A DNA stretch of 64,000 bases from the NCBI GenBank assembly GCA_963815195.1, contig CAWFGE010000021.1:128001-192000 (forward strand), given 5' to 3'. Made by a program: the position numbers and the translations under genes. This DNA comes from an uncultured Planctomycetaceae bacterium (lineage in GTDB: Bacteria > Planctomycetota > Planctomycetia > Planctomycetales > Planctomycetaceae). Shown in pieces: positions 1-7,158 of the stretch. Positions within the stretch are counted from its first letter, which is position 1, and every line of letters starts with the position of its first letter. The notes below the pieces were generated by a model. The model saw nothing but the letters and a program-made list of their open reading frames with translations. It was not told where the DNA came from and ran no database searches.

Positions 1-937
1 TCGGTTTGGCGGGGCTGGTTTGCAGTTCGGTAATGGGGCAGGAAGAAAAACCAGGCGACAACTCGCCGGCGGCATTGTTCGAGAAACTCGACGCCAACAA
101 AGACGGCAAACTGACCAAAGACGAAGTCGGCGAAGAGCGGCGCGGTTTTTTAACCGGCTTATCCGCGTGGCCGACAAAAACGAAGACGGCGCGTTGACCA
201 AGGAAGAATTCGTCGCCGGCAACCAACCGGCCGAGCGGCCCGCTCAGCCGCAAAACAACGGCGGCCGGTTCCAACGCGGCAGATTTCCCGGATTTCCCGG
301 CGGTCCCAACATGTTTTCCGAAGAAGCCTTCAAGTGCCTGGACGCCAACAACGACGGCAAAGTCACGCTGTCGGAAGTCTCCTCCGACCGCGAAAAGAAC
401 TTCGTGCGAATCATGCTCCGGCGGGCCGGCAAAGGCGAAGACGGGTCGCTGACCAAGGAAGATTTTCAACGTCCGGCCGGCCAACCAGGACAGGGATTTG
501 GCGGTGGCGGTCCGCCGCTGTTGCGAATCCTGGATGCCGACCGCGATGGGAAAATCTCCAAAGAGGAACTCGCGAAAGCCGGCGAGAAGTTCAGCGAACT
601 CGACCGCGACAAAGATGGCAGCCTCGATGCGCGGGAACTGTTCGGCCCGCGTCCCGACGGCAATCGGCCGGGACAGGCGAATCGCCCGGGCTTCGCCGCC
701 GCCGTGACGGAACGCTTTATGGAGCAATACGACGCGAACAAGGACGGCAAACTCAGCGGCGACGAAATCCCCGAACGCGGCAAAGAGCGATTCACCGCTT
801 GGGACGCGAACAAAGATGGGGAAGTCACCAAGGAAGAAATCACGGAGGGGATCCAAGGGTCGGCGGACCGCAGTCGCGGCGAGAACAACCGTCCGCGCCG
901 CCCGTCGCGGCCCCAGCCCGAGAAGTCCGACAATTAA
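1..937 (+). CDS. Secreted multi-EF-hand calcium-binding protein; 5' end outside the window, one frameshift near 146-151
   Basis: Repeated EF-hand loops (DANKDGKLTKDE, DKNEDGALTKEE, DANNDGKVTLSE, DADRDGKISKEE, DRDKDGSLDARE). ORFs 6..197 and 20..937 join as EERRGFFNRLIRV if one T is added to the T6 run at 146-151. Confidence 0.85.
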   Translation, partial: RFGGAGLQFGNGAGRKTRRQLAGGIVRETRRQQRRQTDQRRSRRRAARFFNRLIRVADKNEDGALTKEEFVAGNQPAERPAQPQNNGGRFQRGRFPGFPGGPNMFSEEAFKCLDANNDGKVTLSEVSSDREKNFVRIMLRRAGKGEDGSLTKEDFQRPAGQPGQGFGGGGPPLLRILDADRDGKISKEELAKAGEKFSELDRDKDGSLDARELFGPRPDGNRPGQANRPGFAAAVTERFMEQYDANKDGKLSGDEIPERGKERFTAWDANKDGEVTKEEITEGIQGSADRSRGENNRPRRPSRPQPEKSDN

Positions 938-2094
938 TCCCGCAATCCGCGAAGCCGTTCGACGACCTCGGCGAGATAGCCGATGGCGAACTCGATTTCC
1001 TCGCCGGTGGTGAATCGGCCGAGGCCGAACCGCAGACTGGACCGGGCCAGGTGTTCGCCGCGACCGATCGCGCGGAGCACGTGGCTCGGTTCGGGGTCGG
1101 CGGAGGTGCAGGCCGATCCCGAACTCACCGCGATGTCCTTGAGGTGCGTCAACAGCACATCGCCGTCCACGCCTTCGATGCTGATGTTGAGATTCCCCGC
1201 GAGCCGACGTTCGGGATCGCCGTTTTGATGAATCCCCGAAATCTTCTGCGACAGGCCTTCCCACAAGTGGTCGCGGAGGGATTGGACGCGGACGGATTCT
1301 TCTGCCATGAGCTCGCCCGCCAATTCCAACGCGGCTCCGAAGCCGACGATCAAAGGCACGGGCAGGGTGCCGCTCCTGAGGCCGCGTTCCTGGCCGCCGC
1401 CTTCCAAGAGCGGTTCGAGCCGTAGCCCCCGGCGTTTGCGGTTGATGGATAACGCCCCGATGCCTTTGGGGCCGTAGATCTTGTGGGCGGTGAAGCTCAT
1501 CAGATCGATCGGCCGTTCCGCGAGGTTCATCGGCAGCTTGCCGGCCGCTTGGGCGGCATCGGTATGAAACAACACGCCCCGCTCCCGGCAGAGATTGCCG
1601 ATCGCCTCGATGTTTTGGAGCGTGCCGATTTCGTTGTTCGCCCAACCGACCGAGACCAGCCGGGTTTCCGGGGTCAAACTTTCCGAAAGCTGATCGAGGT
1701 CCACTTCGCCGAACGGGTTCACCGGCAGAACGGTGACGCGGTAACCGGATCGCTCCAACCGCCGGGCCGGGTCGAGCACGGCCCGATGCTCGATCGCGGA
1801 AACGATGAGATGGCTGCCCGGTGGACAGCGGAGCATCACGCCCTTGAGCGCGAGGTTGTTGGCTTCGGTCGCTCCGCTGGTGAACACAATCGACCGCTCG
1901 TCGGTGCCGATCGCGCGGGCCATCTGCGAGCGGGCGTTCTCGACCGCATCGGCGGCGTCCCAGCCGAAGGCGTGGCTGATGCTCGAAGGGTTCCCGTACC
2001 GTTCCGAAAAAAACGGCAGCATCCGCTCGAGCACGCGCGGATCGACCCGCGTCGTCGCATGATTGTCGAGATAAACCGGACGCTCCACAGCCAT
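934..2094 (-). CDS. iscS: Cysteine desulfurase, IscS/NifS family
   Basis: YLDNHATT, FTSGATEANN, HTDAAQAAGK, PLP lysine motif TAHKIYGPKG, RSGT, catalytic SSGSAC, SLRFGLGR. Start trimmed to ATG 2094 (MAVERPVYLD). Confidence 0.9.
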   Translation of the reverse strand: MAVERPVYLDNHATTRVDPRVLERMLPFFSERYGNPSSISHAFGWDAADAVENARSQMARAIGTDERSIVFTSGATEANNLALKGVMLRCPPGSHLIVSAIEHRAVLDPARRLERSGYRVTVLPVNPFGEVDLDQLSESLTPETRLVSVGWANNEIGTLQNIEAIGNLCRERGVLFHTDAAQAAGKLPMNLAERPIDLMSFTAHKIYGPKGIGALSINRKRRGLRLEPLLEGGGQERGLRSGTLPVPLIVGFGAALELAGELMAEESVRVQSLRDHLWEGLSQKISGIHQNGDPERRLAGNLNISIEGVDGDVLLTHLKDIAVSSGSACTSADPEPSHVLRAIGRGEHLARSSLRFGLGRFTTGEEIEFAIGYLAEVVERLRGLRD

Positions 2095-2221
2095 CACCCA
2101 CCCGTCAAGAACAATTCGCCTTTCCTCCAATCGTAACGGCCGCGGGGCCACAGCCATAGGGTTTTGTTCGGGAAAAAAACGCGCGGGTTTCCCTGAACCC
2201 TGCTCGCGCAAATTCCTCTCC

Positions 2222-2251
2222 TTGACAGTTGAAATTTGGTTCGCGTAACAT
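2222..2251 (+). promoter_or_regulatory. Putative sigma70 promoter for the plsX-fab operon
   Basis: TTGACA-N18-TAACAT in the divergent iscS/plsX intergenic region. Confidence 0.5.
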
Positions 2252-2372
2252 GCCAGGAGGCTTGTGATTCTACCGCGACAACCCGTCGTTGGGTCGGGAT
2301 TCTTGTCGCGATTCGAGTATTTTCAATGCTTTCCCTCGCCGATCGAGGGAGCCACCTGAAGGATGAAAACGC

Positions 2373-3437
2373 ATGCGGATTGCCTTGGATGCGATGGGCG
2401 GCGATGACGCTCCCCAGCCGAATATCGATGGGTGCTTGACCGCGCTCAGGGCCGATCCGGACCTGGAGGTGTTTCTCGTCGGCGACCAGCCGGTGCTGGA
2501 TTCCTTGATCGAAGCCTCCGGCTATTCGGGCGAACGGCTGAAAATCATCCCGTCCGAAGGCGTGGTGGGCATGGAAGAAAAACCCACCGACGCCCTCCGG
2601 AAAAAACCCAACTCCTCGATCGTCGTCTGCTGGAAATTGATGGCGGGGAAGGAAGTCGATGCGGTGGTCAGTGCGGGAAACACCGGGGCCGTGGTGGCGG
2701 CCGGTTTGCGGACCCGGCTGTTCCTCAGAAACGTGAAACGTCCGGGAATCGCGGTCGCCCTGCCCACGGCGAAGGGGCGATCGATCTTGGTCGATGTGGG
2801 AGCCAACCCCGCCGCCCGGCCGGAGCATCTTTATCAATACGGCGTGATGGGTTCCATCTACGCCCGCGATGTGCTGGGCATTGACAATCCCCGCATCGGC
2901 CTGATGAACATCGGCAGCGAGGAAGGCAAAGGCAACGATCTCTACCGCGAGACGCACAAAGTTCTCTGTGAAAGCCGACTGAAAGACCGCTACATCGGCA
3001 ATGTCGAGGGGCGGGGCCTGTATCAGGGCGAAGCGGATGTCCTCGTCTGCGAAGGGTTTGTGGGGAACGTGGTTCTCAAAGTCAGCGAAGGCATGGCCGA
3101 GTTCATGATGCGGAGCGTCTCGGCGGAGGTGCTTTCCAAGCTCGGCAGCGAACGAGAAGCGGCGGGCCGGGCCTTCGAGGAAATCGGCCGCCGGTATCAA
3201 TACAGCGAAACCGGCGGCGCGCCGCTGTTGGGGATCGACGGCGTATGCACGATCTGCCACGGTTCCTCGAACGCGGTGACGATCACCAACGCCCTCAAAG
3301 GCACCAAAACCTTCAAAGACCGCCACATCAACGCCCAAATCGTCGCGGAGTTGGAAGTGGGTTTCGAACTGAAAGGGCGAGCGGACCAACCTTCGGTCGG
3401 TGCCCGCGTAAGTCCCCTGGTTTCGTGGATCGCTTAA
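2373..3437 (+). CDS. plsX: Phosphate acyltransferase PlsX
   Basis: MRIALDAMGGD, VSAGNTGA, RPGIA, DVGAN, NIGSEEGKG, GNVEG, GFVGNVVLK, GGAPLLG, HGSS. Confidence 0.97.
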   Translation: MRIALDAMGGDDAPQPNIDGCLTALRADPDLEVFLVGDQPVLDSLIEASGYSGERLKIIPSEGVVGMEEKPTDALRKKPNSSIVVCWKLMAGKEVDAVVSAGNTGAVVAAGLRTRLFLRNVKRPGIAVALPTAKGRSILVDVGANPAARPEHLYQYGVMGSIYARDVLGIDNPRIGLMNIGSEEGKGNDLYRETHKVLCESRLKDRYIGNVEGRGLYQGEADVLVCEGFVGNVVLKVSEGMAEFMMRSVSAEVLSKLGSEREAAGRAFEEIGRRYQYSETGGAPLLGIDGVCTICHGSSNAVTITNALKGTKTFKDRHINAQIVAELEVGFELKGRADQPSVGARVSPLVSWIA

Positions 3438-3564
3438 AGCCGCGTCAATCCGTAATGAATCAGTCAGCGATGCAATTGCCATTTCTGAAATCGCAGATTT
3501 CTAAACAGTTCGTGAGTGACCAGGGGGCTTACGCGGGCACCGACCGAAGGTTGGTCCGCCCGCC
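3376..3564. repeat. REPIN-like inverted doublet, family A copy 1 (46-bp arms)
   Basis: 3376-3421 GGCGAGCGGACCAACCTTCGGTCGGTGCCCGCGTAAGTCCCCTGGT is the reverse complement of 3519-3564 with 2 mismatches. Confidence 0.85.
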
Positions 3565-3578
3565 TGAAGGAGTTGTCG

Positions 3579-4481
3579 GTGAGTAAAATAGCATTCCTCT
3601 TCCCCGGCCAGGGGGCTCAGCATGTGGGCATGGGGAAGGACATTGCGGAGAAATATCCCGCGGCCCGCGAGCTTTATAACCAGGCGGCCGAGATCTTGGG
3701 CTACGACCTGGCGAAGCTCTGCTTTCTTGGCCCGGCGGAGGAGTTGGATTCCACGGTCATCAGCCAGCCGGCGATTTTCGTGACGAGTTTGGCTGCGCTC
3801 GAAATGCTCCGGGCGGAATCTCCCGATGCCGTGCTCGCGTGCGAAATGGTGGCGGGGCTGAGCCTGGGCGAATACACGGCCCTCGTGTTTTCCGGGGCGA
3901 TGAGCTTTGAAGATGGCCTCAACGTCGTCAAGCGCCGGGGCGAAGCCATGCAAGCCGCCGCCGACGCCACGCCTTCGGGCATGGTCAGCGCGCTTCTGTT
4001 GGAACGCGATCAGGTGGGGCTGATCTGCAAAGAAGCCAACGCCGCGGGCCCGCTGCATATCGCGAACTATCTCTGCCCGAAAAACATCGTGCTCTCCGGC
4101 GTGAAGGCCGCGTGCGACAAGGCGGTCGCGTTGATCGAAGCCGCCGGCGGCAAAGCGGTGCCCTTGGCGGTCGCGGGGGCGTTTCACACAGACATCATGA
4201 AACCCGCCGACGCCAGGCTCGCGGAAGCCCTGGCGGACGTGGCGATCAAGGAACCGGAAATCCCATTGGTGTCGAACGTGGATGCGTCCGTACACCGCTC
4301 GCCGGACGAAATCCGCGAGCTCCTGGTCCGGCAGGTTGTCAGCCCGGTGTTGTGGGAGGATTCCATGCGGGCGATGCTCGCCGCGGGCATCGATCAGTTT
4401 TACGAAATCGGCCCCGGCCGCGTGCTCGCGGGCTTGCTGAAACGCATCGATCGCAAGATTCCGTGTGAGACAGTGAATTAG
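3579..4481 (+). CDS. fabD: Malonyl-CoA:ACP transacylase
   Basis: AFLFPGQGAQ, SQPAIF, GLSLGEY, VAGAFHT, PVLW, EIGPGRVL. GTG start 3579 follows GAAGGAG. Confidence 0.96.
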   Translation: MSKIAFLFPGQGAQHVGMGKDIAEKYPAARELYNQAAEILGYDLAKLCFLGPAEELDSTVISQPAIFVTSLAALEMLRAESPDAVLACEMVAGLSLGEYTALVFSGAMSFEDGLNVVKRRGEAMQAAADATPSGMVSALLLERDQVGLICKEANAAGPLHIANYLCPKNIVLSGVKAACDKAVALIEAAGGKAVPLAVAGAFHTDIMKPADARLAEALADVAIKEPEIPLVSNVDASVHRSPDEIRELLVRQVVSPVLWEDSMRAMLAAGIDQFYEIGPGRVLAGLLKRIDRKIPCETVN

Positions 4482-4490
4482 ATTAGACGG

Positions 4491-4583
4491 GGCGAGCGTG
4501 GGGCGTGAGTCCCATGATTACGCTGCAAAAGTGAACGTGTCGATCGTTGAACGAGAACATGGGGCTCGCGCCCCACGCTCGCC
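4491..4583. repeat. REPIN-like inverted doublet, family A copy 2 (26-bp arms)
   Basis: GGCGAGCGTGGGGCGTGAGTCCCATG (4491-4516) pairs with CATGGGGCTCGCGCCCCACGCTCGCC (4558-4583). Confidence 0.85.
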
Positions 4584-4914
4584 GAGACGCCAAAAGGACA
4601 AAACACGCCCTGAGAGTTGATTCGTGAGAATCGGTTGTGGTAAAAGAATTTTTCGCGTAGGTTTGATCGATAATCCACGCCCAACTTTTAGAAAACCCGC
4701 GGGACTTGGGACCGAAAGTGACCAAGTTCCTTTTTATCTTGGATTTCGGCACCTGAGTTGCTGATTGCCGTTTACACACAATCCGAAACGGGGTATATCT
4801 GCGGTTGTCCGGGAGTTCTGTCGCAAGGGAGGTTCTCGATGAGATTTTCCTCCATGTGCAGGGGTCCCGGTGGCCAGAATCCCCGCGGATTCATTCTGTC
4901 CGGAGGAAACACAC

Positions 4915-5145
4915 GTGTCTGTCGAAGAGAAAGTGGTCGGAATCGTCAGCGAGCAGCTCTCCGTCCCGAAGGAAGAGATCACCCGGGAAAGTTCGTTCGT
5001 AGATGACCTGAAAGCAGATTCGCTCGATGTCGTCGAATTGGTGATGGAATTCGAAGATGAATTCGAGATTACCATTCCCGATGACGATTATGAAAAGATC
5101 CGCACAGTGGGCGATGCTATCGACTATATTGAAGAGAAGAGCTAA
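4915..5145 (+). CDS. acpP: Acyl carrier protein
   Basis: [21 protein letters not shown] phosphopantetheine motif. GTG 4915 follows GGAGGAA. Confidence 0.97.
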   Translation: MSVEEKVVGIVSEQLSVPKEEITRESSFVDDLKADSLDVVELVMEFEDEFEITIPDDDYEKIRTVGDAIDYIEEKS

Positions 5146-5148
5146 CGG

Positions 5149-6391
5149 ATGAACAGACGTGTCGTCGTGACCGGCGCTGCGGTCGTGACTGCGCTCGGAT
5201 GTGAATCGAGCGAGTTCTGGGATCGACTTTGTGCCGGGAAAAGCGGCGTGGGCGAGATCCAACGCTTCGATTGCCGAGATTTCAAAGTCAAATTCGCCGG
5301 TGAGATCTCGAAGTTCGAGGCCGTCGACCATTTGGATATCGACTCCAAAGAAGTCAAACGGCAGGACCGCTTCGTGCAGTTCGCGGTCGTGGCGTCGCAT
5401 AAGGCGATTGCCCAATCCGGAATCGATTTTTCCCAAGGCGAGCCTTACCGCTACGGCGTGATGATCGGCAGCGGCATCGGGGGCCTGGGCGAAATCGAGG
5501 AGCAGCACGCCAAGCTGTTCCACCGCGGCCCTTCGCGGGTGTCGCCGTTCATGATCCCCAAACTGATGGTCAACGCCGCGAGCGGAAACGTCTCAGTGCG
5601 GTGGGGTCTCAAAGGTCCCAACAGCGCCGTGGCCACCGCGTGCGCCTCGGCGACCAATGCGATGGGCGACGCCTTCCGCTGGATTCAGCACGGCATCGCC
5701 GATGCGATGATCACCGGGGGCAGCGAAGCCGCCGTCACGCCGATGGGCCTCTCGGGTTTCGCCCGCATGAACGCCCTCTCCACGCGAAACGACGCCCCCG
5801 AACAAGCCAGCCGGCCGTTCGACCGCGACCGCGACGGCTTCGTCCTGGCCGAGGGCGCGGGAGTCGTGGTGATGGAGGAATACGAGCACGCCAAGCGCCG
5901 CGGGCGCCGATCCTCTGCGAGGTCCTGGGCTACGGCATGTCCGCCGACGCCTCGCATATGACCGCTCCCGACCCGCACGGCCGGGGCGCAAGTTGGGCGA
6001 TGCTGGGCGCGATCCGCGATGCGGGGATCAATCTCGACGATGTGGATTACATCAACGCCCACGGCACGAGCACGCCCTTAGGCGACGTGGCCGAGACGAC
6101 CGCGATCAAAAACGTCTTTGGAGCCCATGCGAAAAACCTCGTGGTCTCGAGCACCAAGAGCCAACTCGGCCACCTTTTGGGAGCCTCGGGCGGCGTGGAA
6201 TTTGTGGCCTTGCGCTCGCCCTCCAGAACCAGGTCGTGCCCCCCACGATCAACCTGGACGACCCCGATCCCCAATGCGATCTCGATTACGTGCCCCACGA
6301 AGCCCGCGAGCGGAAACTTCGCTGCGTCCTAAAAAACAGCTTCGGCTTCGGCGGCCACAACGCCTGCCTCGTATTGGGCCGAGCCGCGTAG
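5149..6391 (+). CDS. fabF: Beta-ketoacyl-ACP synthase II; two apparent 1-nt deletions near 5903 and 6210
   Basis: RRVVVTG, VSPFMIP, TACAS and [18 protein letters not shown] in ORF 5149; YINAHGTST and [14 protein letters not shown] in ORF 5601; [10 protein letters not shown] and [10 protein letters not shown] in ORF 5993. Confidence 0.93.
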
Positions 6392-6436
6392 AAAACCGCG
6401 AACGGATTCCACCGACCGGGTGAACCCTCGCGCAAT

Positions 6437-6480
6437 AAAAACCGCACCGGGCGCGCAAAAAAGCTGCGCAGCGGTGCGGC
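6437..6480 (-). terminator. Intrinsic terminator with minus-strand U-tract; may also end fabF
   Basis: Minus strand GCCGCACCG...CGGTGCGG followed by TTTTT. Confidence 0.6.
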
Positions 6481-6481
6481 A

Positions 6482-6735
6482 CCGTTCGGATTTTGGGACG
6501 CCTGAACTCTTTCAAGAAGCCAAAAGGCGTCTCGCCGGGTTTCGTTCCTCTTGGAAAGGCGGCCGAAGTCCCCGGCCCGGATATCCGGTCGAGACACCCT
6601 TCGTTGGGGTGAGGACAGTTCTCGATTCCGGGCGACGCCAAAGATTCGCGAATCGTCACTTTGCTGCCCAAACTGCCGCAGCAAAGCGGCCGGCGTCCCG
6701 GAATCCCACGTGAACGTGGAATCCCAAAGTCGAGT
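6482..6735 (-). ncRNA. Structured non-coding RNA, probable 6S RNA-like
   Basis: TATAAT at 6747-6742 and a terminator at 6480-6437. Closing stem GGATTccGGGACGCC / GGCGTCCCaaAATCC. Inner stem GGCGTC...GACGCC. 3' CTTGAAAGAGTTCAGG resembles the CUUGAAC...GUUCAAGG hairpin of 6S RNAs. No credible ORF. Confidence 0.45.
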
Positions 6736-7158
6736 GTCTCTATTATACAGGACTTAATTGCGCCACAAGGCTGCGGGATCGCGCAACATCCGCATCCGCT
6801 TGAAGATAAAGCCTCAAGCAACGTTTCTTTTTTGGCCTGTTCCCGGTCGCCGAATGACCAACCAGATTCATCAAAAAATGGGTTCTTCCGGATAATCGGT
6901 GGCAACGACGGCGGTGTGAAAGAATATCTTGTCCGTGCTCTTTCACCTCTTCTTGGGGAGGTCGGACGCGGCAGCGGCCGGGTGGGGCTTCGGCTTCACT
7001 TTTGCTGAAATCCGGAGGTAAAGTTCAAACAGAAGTCTTCCAGGTCTCGCTCGACGATTTGCCCGCATCCCGGCGGGAGCAAATTGCCTGTGCGTCATCC
7101 GCCGGGTATTTTGTTGTCTGTCACCAAAATTCGCAGCGGCCGAAAAACACGTGAGAGC

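Noticed and set aside
5890..6220. Programmed ribosomal frameshifting or true pseudogene in fabF
   Set aside because: No slippery heptamer, and the same kind of lesion is scattered across many unrelated genes, which fits sequencing error.
2373..6391. Type II PKS or other secondary-metabolite cluster
   Set aside because: Canonical plsX-fabD-acpP-fabF housekeeping genes; no chain-length factor or tailoring enzymes.
6249..7008. Protein-coding ORFs in the fabF-helicase gap (6249..6905 minus, 6661..7008 plus)
   Set aside because: Atypical composition, no motifs, overlap with fabF or crossing of the terminator; a structured RNA explains the region better.
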